A stretch of 64,000 bases of DNA, taken from NCBI GenBank assembly GCA_963785725.1, contig CAWAWS010000006.1, forward strand, positions 96,001 through 160,000. The letters run 5' to 3'. Position 1 is the first letter of the stretch. Every line of letters starts with the position of its first letter. Source of the DNA: an uncultured delta proteobacterium. GTDB taxonomy: Bacteria; Myxococcota_A; Polyangia; Palsa-1104. The translations under genes were made by a program, and so were the position numbers. The notes under the pieces are model-generated. The model did no database searches and was not told the DNA's origin. It worked only from the letters and a program-made list of their open reading frames with translations. Positions 50,962-62,943 of this stretch are shown one piece after another.

Positions 50962-51486
50962 ATGTCGAAGATCGACCTCGCGCTCAAGGAGACGTTCCGC
51001 CACGCCCGCAACGCCATCGAATCCTACGGCGTTCGCGTCTACATCGGCGACGTCCAGGATCCCAACACCGGCATCTTCGACGGCGCCGAAATCGGCATCG
51101 ATTACGCCAACGATCTCGAAATGTCGCTGTTCGTGCTCGTGCACCTCTTCGGCCACACGGTGCAGTGGAATACGGTGCCGGCCTATCGCACGATCGATCA
51201 GCGGGCCAAGCCGGGCGCGCCGCCGGACGTGATCGAAGAGGCGCGCGTCTACGAGCAGAACGCCTCGCGCTACGGCCTGCAGCTGCTGCACGAGGCCAAG
51301 GTCCTCGATCGCGATCAGTGGATCAGCGACTGGTGGGCATCCGACTGGAAGTATCTATCGACGTTCTACCGGACGGGAAAGCTGCCGGCTTGGAGCGACT
51401 GTCGCTCGACCGGCCACGGCCTCATCACGCCGCTGGCCATCCCCGAGTTCGTCGCCCACCGCTATTACACGCGCTACGCCTTCTAG
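50962..51486 (+). CDS. hypothetical protein with zincin-like HxxxH motif (HLFGH)
   Basis: LFVLVHLFGHTVQW...YEQNASRYG; strong GC3 codon bias. Confidence 0.75.
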   Translation: MSKIDLALKETFRHARNAIESYGVRVYIGDVQDPNTGIFDGAEIGIDYANDLEMSLFVLVHLFGHTVQWNTVPAYRTIDQRAKPGAPPDVIEEARVYEQNASRYGLQLLHEAKVLDRDQWISDWWASDWKYLSTFYRTGKLPAWSDCRSTGHGLITPLAIPEFVAHRYYTRYAF

Positions 51487-51530
51487 CCGCGCCTCTCGAT
51501 AGTTCTCGTCGCGAACCAATATGGTTCGCG

Positions 51531-52289
51531 TCACGAACGATCGGTGCCCCACACTTCGCGGACGCGCGCTTCCAGCCGCTGGAAAATGAGCACTTCGGTC
51601 ACCAGGCCGAGCGCGACGATCGCCACCATCACCGCCATGACGCGTGCCATGTCGCCGAGCTCGCGTCCCGTCGCCAGCAGCTGCCCGAGCCCGCCCGACA
51701 CGAAGAGCAGCTCGCCGGCCATCAGCGAGCGCCAGGCGAACGTCCAGCCGAGCCGCATGCCGCTGATGATCGACGGCAGCGCCGCCGGCAAGATCACGCG
51801 CAAGTAGAGCGTCATGCCTTTGGCGCCCATCGTGCGCGCGGCGCGCAGGTAGAGCGGCGGCACGTTGCGCACGCCCGCTTCCGTGGCCACCGTGACCGAG
51901 AGCAGCGAGCCGGCGATGACGACGAACAAGATCGCCGACTCCGACAGCCCGAACCACAAGAGCGCCAGCGGCAGCCAGCAGATCGACGGCAGCGCCTGCA
52001 GCCCGGTCACGATCGTGCCTATCGATTCGCGCAGCGTCCGCGAGCGCGCCAGCATGAGGCCGAGCGTGATGCCGGCGACGAGCGAGATGAAGTAGCCGAT
52101 GAGCAGGCGCCGCATCGACACGGCGATTCCCCATGGGATGCTGCCGTCGACGATGCCGCTATAGAAGCTGCGCGCGATGGCCAGCGGCGATGGGAAAACC
52201 CACGGCTTCCACAGCCCGAGCCTAGATGCCCCCTCCCATGCCACCAGCAGGATCAGGAGGAACAGCGCCCGGCGTAGGCTGCCACGCAT
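51531..52289 (-). CDS. ABC transporter permease (SsuC/TauC/NitT family)
   Basis: FPSP, LQALPSICWLPLALLWFG, AARTMGA, LPSIISGMR and WRSLMAGE motifs. Confidence 0.93.
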   Translation of the reverse strand: MRGSLRRALFLLILLVAWEGASRLGLWKPWVFPSPLAIARSFYSGIVDGSIPWGIAVSMRRLLIGYFISLVAGITLGLMLARSRTLRESIGTIVTGLQALPSICWLPLALLWFGLSESAILFVVIAGSLLSVTVATEAGVRNVPPLYLRAARTMGAKGMTLYLRVILPAALPSIISGMRLGWTFAWRSLMAGELLFVSGGLGQLLATGRELGDMARVMAVMVAIVALGLVTEVLIFQRLEARVREVWGTDRS

Positions 52290-53058
52290 CGTCGATCTCC
52301 TCACGCATGACCTTTTCGACTTCGGTTCGCAGCTCGCGCATGATGCGCCCGACGTAATGCGCGACGTCGCTCTCGCCGTTGCGCGGTCGCGCCAACGCGA
52401 TCGGCTCGTCGAGCTTGATGCGCCCGGGCCGCGTGGCCATGAGGACCACGCGATCGCCCAGGCGCACCGCCTCGCGGACGTTGTGCGTGACGAAGACCAC
52501 CGTCTTCTTCGTCGCGCGCCAAATGTCGGTCAATTCGCCGTGCAAGACGTCGCGCGTCTGCGCGTCGAGCGCGGCGAAGGGCTCGTCCATGAGCAGCACT
52601 TGCGGATCGGGCGCCAGCGCGCGCGCCAAGGCTGCGCGCTGCCGCATGCCGCCCGACAGCTCGTGCACATAGGCGTCGGCGAAGCGCCACAAGTGCACCT
52701 TCTTCAAGAACGTCTCGACGCGCTGGGCGCGCTCGGCCTTGTCGGCGTAACCGGCGAGCTCGAGCCCGAAGTCGACGTTCTTGCGCACGCTCAGCCACGG
52801 GAACAGCGCCGAATCCTGAAACATGACGCTGCGCTCGGGACCCGGCCCTTCGATCGGCTTGCCGTCGAGCGTGACCGTGCCGGCGTCGGCGCGCTCGAGC
52901 CCGGCGATGAGGTTGAGCAGCGTCGACTTGCCGCAGCCCGATGGACCGACGAGGCAGACGAACTGGCCGTCCTCGATCGTCAAGTCGACCTCGGCCAGCG
53001 CGTGGTGCGAGCCGCGCCGCGTGGCGAACCGCTTCGAGACCTGGTGCAGCGCGATCAT
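52222..53058 (-). CDS. ABC transporter ATP-binding protein (SsuB/TauB family)
   Basis: GPSGCGKST, FQDSALFPW, LSGGMRQR, DEPFAALD and VTHN motifs. Confidence 0.95.
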   Translation of the reverse strand: MIALHQVSKRFATRRGSHHALAEVDLTIEDGQFVCLVGPSGCGKSTLLNLIAGLERADAGTVTLDGKPIEGPGPERSVMFQDSALFPWLSVRKNVDFGLELAGYADKAERAQRVETFLKKVHLWRFADAYVHELSGGMRQRAALARALAPDPQVLLMDEPFAALDAQTRDVLHGELTDIWRATKKTVVFVTHNVREAVRLGDRVVLMATRPGRIKLDEPIALARPRNGESDVAHYVGRIMRELRTEVEKVMREEIDDAWQPTPGAVPPDPAGGMGGGI

Positions 53059-54077
53059 GGCGGCGGCGCAGTCGTCGTCGGGGCGAAGCGCCGGTCGAGG
53101 ATGCCGGTCATGTCGCCGGCGGGCAGGAAGTCGAGCGCGCGCCCGTCGGCCAGCTGCTTCTGCAACGCCGCGTCGGAGATCACGCTCGTCAGCTCCACGC
53201 GCCGCCACGCATCGGCGAACACCTGCGGCGGCAACCGCTTCTTCGCCCACTTGAACAGGCCATCGTCGACGGCCATGCGCGCTTCGGCGTCGTGCGCGTG
53301 GATCCAATCGATCGTCTGCTGGTTGGCGTGCACGAGCTTCTGCACGACCTCGGGATGCTCGTCAGCCAGCTTCTTCGTCACCACCAGCACCGTGATCGGG
53401 AACTTGTGCTCGGGCCAGCGGTCGCGCTCGTCCAAAAACAGCTGGCCATTGGCCTCGTCGATGAGCCGCGACAGCCACGGCTCGGGAACCCAGGCGCCGT
53501 CGATCTCTTTGCGCTTCATCAGCGTCAGGATGTCGGCGTTGGCGATGGGCATGACCTGCACGTCGCCGCCGCGATCCTTCGTCTTCATCCCGAGCGCGCC
53601 CAAATAGGTGCGCAAGGCGATGTCTTGCGTATTGCCGAGCTGCGGCGACGCCAGCTTCTTGCCGTGCAGGTCTTTGGGCTTGGCGATGCCGGCGTCTTTG
53701 CGCACGACGAGCCCGGCGCCATTGTCGGCCGCACCGGCGACGATGACGAGCCCCTCGCCGTGTGAGCGCAAGTAGCCGCTGATGGCGGGCGCGGGGCCGA
53801 CGTAGCAGGCGTCGAGCGCGCCGGCGAAGAGCGCCTCCATCGCTTCGGGCCCGGCGTTGAACGGCTTGCCGTCGATGGCGACCGGGTCGAGCGCGTGCGC
53901 GAAATCGCCATGAACGAGGCCGACAATCGGCACCGCGTGGGTCAAATTGGGGAAAAAGCCGAGCCGCAGCGTGCGCAGCGGCGGCGGCGCCGATTTATGC
54001 TCGACCTTGCCGCGACAACCGAGCAGCGCCATCGTCAACGTCACGAGGGCAATGCGAGTTTTGTCGGGGCGCGTCAT
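53055..54077 (-). CDS. ABC transporter substrate-binding lipoprotein (SsuA-like, sulfonate/nitrate family)
   Basis: Lipobox LLGC; LGFFPNLTHA, FNAGP..EAL, PQLGNTQD and WVPEPW motifs. Confidence 0.92.
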   Translation of the reverse strand: MTRPDKTRIALVTLTMALLGCRGKVEHKSAPPPLRTLRLGFFPNLTHAVPIVGLVHGDFAHALDPVAIDGKPFNAGPEAMEALFAGALDACYVGPAPAISGYLRSHGEGLVIVAGAADNGAGLVVRKDAGIAKPKDLHGKKLASPQLGNTQDIALRTYLGALGMKTKDRGGDVQVMPIANADILTLMKRKEIDGAWVPEPWLSRLIDEANGQLFLDERDRWPEHKFPITVLVVTKKLADEHPEVVQKLVHANQQTIDWIHAHDAEARMAVDDGLFKWAKKRLPPQVFADAWRRVELTSVISDAALQKQLADGRALDFLPAGDMTGILDRRFAPTTTAPPP

Positions 54078-54176
54078 GGGCCGTATCGTCGTCAGCGGCG
54101 GCAGTCGGTGCAAGCGGAAACGAATGTTTCGTGCCGCGGAAACATCCACGAAATGCGCCTCCCGCATAATCCAATC

Positions 54177-55541
54177 ATGAGGAGCCGCGCGCCAGATCGA
54201 CAGCTGCCACGACGTCGACGGGAAGTCGTCCCGACGGTTCATGGGCGCGGCGAACCGCGGCTGGACGCCATGCTGGAGCTCGCGGAAGAGGCCTCGAAGC
54301 CGGCGCCGCTGTCGTCGGTGCTGTCGTCGCTGTGTGCGCGTATCGCGGCGGTCTTGCGCGTCGACGTGTGCAGCATCTATCTGCGCGAGATCGACGGCGC
54401 TTCGGGGCCGCGGCGAACTCACGGCGACCTCGTCCTGCGCGCCAACTGGGGTTACTCGCCGGCCGCCGTCGGTCAAGTGCGCATGGGTGTCGGCGAAGGC
54501 TTGACCGGCTTTGCCGTCGAGTGTTTGCGGCCGGTGTCGGTCGCGCGCGCCTCGACCGACGCCCGCAACAAGTCGTTCGATTTCATGGACGAGGAGCGCT
54601 TTCCGTCGCTGTGCGCGGTGCCGCTCGTCGATGGCGGGCGCGCCGTCGGTGCGCTCGTCGTGCAGCGGCGCTTGCCGCGCGCGTTCGGGCAGCGCGAGAT
54701 CGTGCTCGTCGCGTCGACGGCGCCGCCGGTGCTGTTCGCGATCGAGCGGGCGCGGCTGCGTGAGCGCGAGCAGCTGGCCGCGGCGCAGCCGACGACGCCG
54801 GTCGCGCCGTCGCGCGTGCACGAGGTCGTCTTGCGCGGGCAGATCGCGGCCCCCGGTCACGCGCTCGGGACGATCGCCGTGCGCCGGCATCATCACGCGG
54901 CCCCGGCGCGCCAGCTGGGCACGGTGGCCGACGAGCAGGCGCGCCTGTCGGCCGCGCTCGCCGAAGCGGCCGAGGAGATGACCGCGCTCGAGCAGTGGGC
55001 GCTGACGAACGCGCCGCTCGATCGCGCGACGATGTTGTCGTTGGTCTCGCCGGCGCGCTTCGTGCTCGACGACGCGCGGCTGCGCGGTCGCATGCGCAAG
55101 CAAGTGGACGCGGGCGTCGCCGCCGAGGCGGCCGTCGAGCGCGTCATGCGCGAATACACGCGCGTGTTGTCGACGGCGGGCGAGCGCCTCTTGGCCGATC
55201 GCGCGCTGGAAGTGGAAGCCTTGTGTCTGCGCGTCCTCAACCGCCTGACCGCGCCGGCGTCGAAGCTGCCGGCGGGCGCCGTGTTGGCGGCGGCGCGACT
55301 GACGGTGTGCGACGCCATCGAGCTGCGCGCCGGTCACGCCGCGGGCGCCGTCCTCTCGGCGCCGGCCGCGTCGTCACCCGGCCTCGCCATCGCCGTCGCG
55401 CTCGGGTTGCCCGTCGTCGCCGGCCTGGGCGAGCTGTTCCGTTGGGTGTCCGACGGCGATCGCATCCTCGTCGACGGCGACGTCGGCGTCGCCACCGTCA
55501 ACCCGTCGCGCGTCGACGTCGCCGCGCATCGCCGCCGCTAG
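54177..55541 (+). CDS. GAF plus truncated PTS enzyme I-like (PtsP N-half) protein
   Basis: VCSIYL..LVLRA..G..VGQVRMGVGEGLTG..EERF.S..VPL (PtsP-type GAF); EI helical and swivel domains (ALGLPVVAG..DGDRILVDGD.G..VNP); ends before the PEP-binding barrel. Confidence 0.8.
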   Translation: MRSRAPDRQLPRRRREVVPTVHGRGEPRLDAMLELAEEASKPAPLSSVLSSLCARIAAVLRVDVCSIYLREIDGASGPRRTHGDLVLRANWGYSPAAVGQVRMGVGEGLTGFAVECLRPVSVARASTDARNKSFDFMDEERFPSLCAVPLVDGGRAVGALVVQRRLPRAFGQREIVLVASTAPPVLFAIERARLREREQLAAAQPTTPVAPSRVHEVVLRGQIAAPGHALGTIAVRRHHHAAPARQLGTVADEQARLSAALAEAAEEMTALEQWALTNAPLDRATMLSLVSPARFVLDDARLRGRMRKQVDAGVAAEAAVERVMREYTRVLSTAGERLLADRALEVEALCLRVLNRLTAPASKLPAGAVLAAARLTVCDAIELRAGHAAGAVLSAPAASSPGLAIAVALGLPVVAGLGELFRWVSDGDRILVDGDVGVATVNPSRVDVAAHRRR

Positions 55542-55560
55542 TCTCCGCCCGAATCCGCGC

Positions 55561-56457
55561 TCAGCGAACGAGGAGGGTGAGCACGAGGGCGTTGCGCACG
55601 CCGCGGATTGCCACGCCGTCGTCGTCGGGGGTGCCGAGCGGCTCTTGCCACGTGACCGCCAGGCTGATCTGACCGGCGAGCCGCGGCGTGAACCACCACG
55701 TCGCGCCCACGCTGCCGCCGGCGAACGCGTAGCGGTCGGGCGAGTCGACGTACGCGTGCGCGCCGCCGCTGACGCCGACGCCCAAGCCGAGGCGGCGGCC
55801 GAGCCACCAGGTGGCGCCGAGGTGGCCTTCGGCGCCGGCTTCGGCCAGCTGCGCGAAGGCGTCGAGCTCGAGGTGGCGATGGACGACGGCGTAGACCTCG
55901 GCGAACGCGCCGCCGTAATAGCGCACCTGCGAGCGGCGCGTGCCGACGGCGAAGGACGTGCCGCCCCAGCCGGCCGACACCCGCAAATCGCCGAAGCGTA
56001 AGCCGACGGCGGCGGAGAAGTGCTCGAGCTGCTCGCTGAGCTGCGAGTCCTCGAAGCGCCAGGTGTCGTAATCCCACTCGAACGAAGCGGCGATGTAAAA
56101 GCGGCGCAGTAGATAGCCCTCGGCGTCGGCGTCGATCCAGCCTTGCGCCAGCGGCGACGACCCGCCGTAGTCGGGGAGTTGGCGATCGGCGTAGCCGCCG
56201 CCGCCGCCGACATGCAGCCGCGTCGCGTATTGCAGATAGGGTTGCAGCGACGGTGGCGAGTCGTCGTCGTGGATGCCGCGATCGAAGAGCGTGAAGCCGG
56301 CCGAGCCGAAGCCACCGAGCTCGCGGCCACCGCCCGACACGCCATCGATCCAGGTCGGGCGATAGTCGAAGCCGGTGTTGAGGTCGAGCAGGAGCTCGGT
56401 GGTGTCGCCGGTCGGCGGCAGCGCGAGCGTGATTCCGAGGAGCAGCGTCGTAAGCAC
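55561..56457 (-). CDS. putative outer-membrane beta-barrel protein
   Basis: Short signal peptide; alternating aromatic/Gly amphipathic strands; no specific family recognised. Confidence 0.6.
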   Translation of the reverse strand: MLTTLLLGITLALPPTGDTTELLLDLNTGFDYRPTWIDGVSGGGRELGGFGSAGFTLFDRGIHDDDSPPSLQPYLQYATRLHVGGGGGYADRQLPDYGGSSPLAQGWIDADAEGYLLRRFYIAASFEWDYDTWRFEDSQLSEQLEHFSAAVGLRFGDLRVSAGWGGTSFAVGTRRSQVRYYGGAFAEVYAVVHRHLELDAFAQLAEAGAEGHLGATWWLGRRLGLGVGVSGGAHAYVDSPDRYAFAGGSVGATWWFTPRLAGQISLAVTWQEPLGTPDDDGVAIRGVRNALVLTLLVR

Positions 56458-56514
56458 AGGGCAGCTTGGCGCAGTCGGTGGTCGGGAGCGGTGAGCGCCG
56501 TCACCGCCGCGGCG

Positions 56515-56946
56515 TTACAAGCCGGAGTCGTCGGTCGGGAGCAGGTCCGAGCTGCCCAGATCGACGCCGCCGACGATCGACATGTCGTCGGGCGCGGGCA
56601 GCTGATCGAGGACGACTTTGACGGTCGAACGCTCGCCTTTACTGGCGCTGCCCGTGCCGACGCCGCTGGCGAGGACGCGATAGTCGACGTCGAACGCGGT
56701 GACGGTGACGGTGATGGCGGCGTCGAAGCGCTTGGCGACGAGCATGCCGAACGACGTCGGCAACGTGATCGGCGGCGAGCCAATCTGAATCGTCGTGTCA
56801 CCGTAAGGCGAGGTCAGCTCGACGCCGAGGTGATCGATGGGCGCGGTCAAGCTGAGCGTCGTGGACACGTCGACGACGACGAGGCCGTCGGCCTTGTGGC
56901 AGCCGACGGCCGACAACGCCAGCGCCGCCAGCAGCCAGGCTTTCAC
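56515..56946 (-). CDS. hypothetical lipoprotein
   Basis: (M)KAWLLAALALSAVGC lipobox; GTGA overlap with the TPR gene. Confidence 0.7.
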   Translation of the reverse strand: MKAWLLAALALSAVGCHKADGLVVVDVSTTLSLTAPIDHLGVELTSPYGDTTIQIGSPPITLPTSFGMLVAKRFDAAITVTVTAFDVDYRVLASGVGTGSASKGERSTVKVVLDQLPAPDDMSIVGGVDLGSSDLLPTDDSGL

Positions 56947-57488
56947 TGGAACCTCGTCGTGCCGAGCGCCGTCGACGCCGTCGGTGTGGCGTTGTAGCGG
57001 GCGACGCCGACGCCGATGCCGACCGCGAGCCCGAGGACGACCACGCCGCCGACGGCCGTCCACGCCCACCACTTTTTGTAGATCGGCGTCGGCTCGGGCA
57101 CGTCGGGAGTCGCCGTCAGCGTCGGCGCGACGGCGACCGGCGCCACCGGCTTCGTCTGCGCCGCCAACGCCGCGTCGTCCATTTGCGCGGCCAGCTTGTC
57201 GGCCTCGTCGCGATTGGGCGCATCGGGTGGCGCTTGCGCGAGGTAGTCGCGATAGCTCTTGGCCGCCGTCTCGAAGCTGCCCAGCTGGCGCTCGCACTCG
57301 GCGATGCTGAACAGCAGCGCCGGCTGCGGGCTCTCGCGATAGGCGCGCTGAAACATGACCAACGCCTGCGTGAACTGCTTCTGGCTGTAGGCGTTGGCGC
57401 CGCGGTCGGAGAAGGTCTTGGCCGCGGCGTCATCGGCCGCGGCGACGCGAGCGACGGCGAGGACGAGGAAGAGGACGAAGGTCTTCAC
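56943..57488 (-). CDS. TPR-domain membrane protein
   Basis: Signal peptide; G..AY...F..AL..FQRAY..P.PALLFSIA TPR pattern; PIYKKWW.W plus C-terminal TM. Confidence 0.85.
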   Translation of the reverse strand: MKTFVLFLVLAVARVAAADDAAAKTFSDRGANAYSQKQFTQALVMFQRAYRESPQPALLFSIAECERQLGSFETAAKSYRDYLAQAPPDAPNRDEADKLAAQMDDAALAAQTKPVAPVAVAPTLTATPDVPEPTPIYKKWWAWTAVGGVVVLGLAVGIGVGVARYNATPTASTALGTTRFQ

Positions 57489-57671
57489 GTTCCGGACAGG
57501 AGCTTTTCGCGCGGCGAATTGCAAGCGCGACGTGCATGCGCGGCTGCGAAAAGCGCAGCGCCGGCATCGGCGGTCCGACCTGCGAGCCGCCGGCGCGGGT
57601 TTCGTCGTCTAACGGAAACGTCGTTGGCGCCTTCCGGCTGGTAGTCCGGCGGACATCGCCGTTCGACGCGG

Positions 57672-60248
<2,577 letters not shown>

Positions 60249-60483
60249 AGCGTATCTGCGACCCGAAGCGAATCCCGATCGCCGACGAGAGAGGGCTCGT
60301 TCGAGCTCCCAGCGGCGATCGAGCCGCCCGCCCGCGCATCGGCGCCGCGATCGCGACCGCGCGCCGACGGAGCCTCGCAGGGCGAATCACCGGTCGACTG
60401 CTCGCGCTCGCCAAGACGCGACTGTGCGGCAGATGCGCGTGGCCGATCGGTCACTATGTTGCTGGTGTTCGAAGGAGGTTGCA

Positions 60484-60777
60484 ATGTCTGACACATTGAA
60501 GGACGTGAGCGTGGTGGTCCCGTCTGACTTCACGTGTGGCGAATTCGAGGTCTCGGGCGCCGTCATCCTGGAGTGCCAGGACCTGCTCGCCAGCGGCTGT
60601 CCCGGCATTCCGCCGTACGAGGAGGAGGCGGTGCTGTATTTCGCCTCCCTGGCCGACCACGCCGAGCTCCTGGCGATGCGTTCGGCCTGGCTGCGACGCC
60701 ACGCGGACGCTGACGACGACGAAGAAGATTCATCCTCGATGAGCGAATTCGAAGACGAACCGGCTGCAGTGCACTGA
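60484..60777 (+). CDS. small acidic hypothetical protein (97 aa)
   Basis: Strong SD AAGGAGGT; GC3-rich codons; acidic tail. Confidence 0.65.
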   Translation: MSDTLKDVSVVVPSDFTCGEFEVSGAVILECQDLLASGCPGIPPYEEEAVLYFASLADHAELLAMRSAWLRRHADADDDEEDSSSMSEFEDEPAAVH

Positions 60778-60831
60778 GCCGTCCGCACGACCCACGGGCA
60801 GTGTCTCGATCGCGGGTTGGCCGAGGGCTAC

Positions 60832-60901
60832 CCGGTGTAGTGCCGGCGCAGCGCACCTATCGGGCCGCGAGCTCGATGGCACCGACGCCGAGCTACACCG
60901 G
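60832..60901. repeat. intergenic inverted repeat with GTAG/CTAC at the stem (REP/REPIN-like)
   Basis: ccggtgtag (60832-60840) pairs with ctacaccgg (60893-60901); inner cggcg/cgccg and atcgggc/gctcgat stems. Confidence 0.45.
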
Positions 60902-60967
60902 TGCTACGAGAAGCGCGCACCGACAACGCAAGGGCCTGAAAGCGCTACAGAAGACGCTCTCTCAAAG

Positions 60968-62869
60968 CTACATGCCGTATTTGGCGAGCTTCTTGTGTAG
61001 CCCTTCGCGCGTGATGCCGAGCGTCTCCGCGGTCTTCGTCTTGTTGCCGCCGTGCTCGCGCAGCGCCTCGACGAGCAGCCAGCGCTCGACCTCTTCCATC
61101 ATGTCTTTGAGCGTGCCCTTCTTCGGCGCCACGCGTCCCAACAGGCCTTCGACTTTGCGCACCGACGGCGCCAGCAGCTCGGGCGTGATGAAGCCCTCGT
61201 TGTCGCACTGGATGACGAGCCGCTGCACTTCGTTCTCGAGCTCGCGAATATTGCCGGGCCACGAATAAGCGCTCAGTTGATCCATCGCCTCGGGCGTAAT
61301 CCCGGCGACCGGCTTATTCATCTCCGCCGTATATTTGCGCAAGAAATGATCCGCCAATAACGGAATATCCTCGCGACGCTCGCGCAACGGCGGCAAGCGC
61401 AACGGAAATACCCTCAGTCGATAAAAGAGATCGTGACGGAACGCGCCCTTTTCGACCTCTTTCTCCAACGAGCGATTCGTCGCGCAGATGATTCGCACAT
61501 CGACCGATTTATTGGCCGTGGCACCGACGGGGCGAATCTCGCCCTCTTGCAAGACGCGCAAGAGCTTCGCTTGCAGGTTGAGCGTCATTTCGCCGATTTC
61601 ATCGAGGAACAACGTCCCGCTATCGGCGATCTCGAACAGACCTTTCTTGTCGTGGTCGGCGCCGGTGAAGGCGCCTTTCTTATGTCCGAACAGCTCCGAT
61701 TCGAGCAGGTTTTCCGGCATCGCCGCGCAGTTTTGCGCCACGAATAATTTATCGCGCCGTTTACCTTGATAATGAATCGCCGAGGCAATGACCTCTTTGC
61801 CGGTGCCGGTTTCGCCTTCGATACACACCGTCGCGCGCGTATCGATGACCTTCTCCAGCTGCCGGAAGATCTCTTTCATCGCCGACGAATCGCCGATGAT
61901 GTCGGAGAAGCGCCGCTTTTCTTCGCGGCCCTTCAAATACTTCACTTCGCCGCGCAGCTTCTCTTCGGCGAGCTTCAAGCGCTGCATGAGCCGCGCGTTC
62001 TCGATCGCGAGCGTCGCCAAGCCCGCGACCGCCGTCACCATGTCGAGATCCTGCTCGAACAAGATGCCGGAGCCGCGATTGTCGCACTGCAAGACGCCGC
62101 GAATGGTGTCGCCGTCCCACAAAGGCGCGCCGATCGACGACACGATGTCGGCGCGCATGACCGATTCGGTGCCGATCTCCGCTTTGGCGTTGGTGACGAG
62201 GACGGCGGCTTTGTCGCGCGTCACCCGGCGAACGACGGCGCGCGAGATCGGAAAGCGCTCGTTGGGCGCGTTGCGGGCGCGCGCGAACACGGTGTTCAGG
62301 CGGCCGTCCGGATCGTCGGCGAGGTCGATGGCGACGTGGGTGATCTTGGGCGCCAGCTCGAAGATCGCCTCGCCCACGCCTTCGAAGACGGCCGTCAAAT
62401 CGAGCCCGCGCCGGCCCAGCTTCTTGGCGACGTTGTAGAGCGCCGCGGCGCGCGCCGGATCGCGCTCGATCTTGCCCTGCACGTCGGGCAGCTCGCTCAA
62501 GTCGCGCTTGGCGATGATCTCCTGCTTCACGCGGCCGTCATCTTCGATGCGGACGCGACACTTGATCATCACCGGCTGCGTCGGATCGCCGAGCAGCAGC
62601 TGATCGCCGTCGCTCAAGATCGTCTCCATGTTGCCGCTGTCGAGCGTGATCGTCGCGTCGCCGCGCTGCACGCGCGAGCCGTTCGTCGACTTCAGATCGC
62701 GGAAAATATAGCGATCGTCCTCGCGGAAGATCTGCCCGTGCTCGCCGGACAAATGATAATCGCCGAGCACCACCTGGTTGGTGGGCCCGCGGCCGATGGT
62801 GAGCACCGGCAGGTCGAGCTCGAACGTGGCGCCGGCGTTCTCCCCGGCCAGGACTTCGAGAGTAATCAT
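60968..62869 (-). CDS. FHA-GAF-sigma54 activator with Fis-type HTH
   Basis: IGRG..SGEH..DLKSTNGS (FHA); GAF; GETGTGKE, GAFTGA, WPGNIREL; GNKTKTAETLGI. Confidence 0.95.
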   Translation of the reverse strand: MITLEVLAGENAGATFELDLPVLTIGRGPTNQVVLGDYHLSGEHGQIFREDDRYIFRDLKSTNGSRVQRGDATITLDSGNMETILSDGDQLLLGDPTQPVMIKCRVRIEDDGRVKQEIIAKRDLSELPDVQGKIERDPARAAALYNVAKKLGRRGLDLTAVFEGVGEAIFELAPKITHVAIDLADDPDGRLNTVFARARNAPNERFPISRAVVRRVTRDKAAVLVTNAKAEIGTESVMRADIVSSIGAPLWDGDTIRGVLQCDNRGSGILFEQDLDMVTAVAGLATLAIENARLMQRLKLAEEKLRGEVKYLKGREEKRRFSDIIGDSSAMKEIFRQLEKVIDTRATVCIEGETGTGKEVIASAIHYQGKRRDKLFVAQNCAAMPENLLESELFGHKKGAFTGADHDKKGLFEIADSGTLFLDEIGEMTLNLQAKLLRVLQEGEIRPVGATANKSVDVRIICATNRSLEKEVEKGAFRHDLFYRLRVFPLRLPPLRERREDIPLLADHFLRKYTAEMNKPVAGITPEAMDQLSAYSWPGNIRELENEVQRLVIQCDNEGFITPELLAPSVRKVEGLLGRVAPKKGTLKDMMEEVERWLLVEALREHGGNKTKTAETLGITREGLHKKLAKYGM

Positions 62870-62943
62870 GCGATGCGAGTTAGACGCGAAAGTATAGCCG
62901 CTTCGCCAGTGACGCCGACAAAAAAGTGTATACTCCGCCCCGC

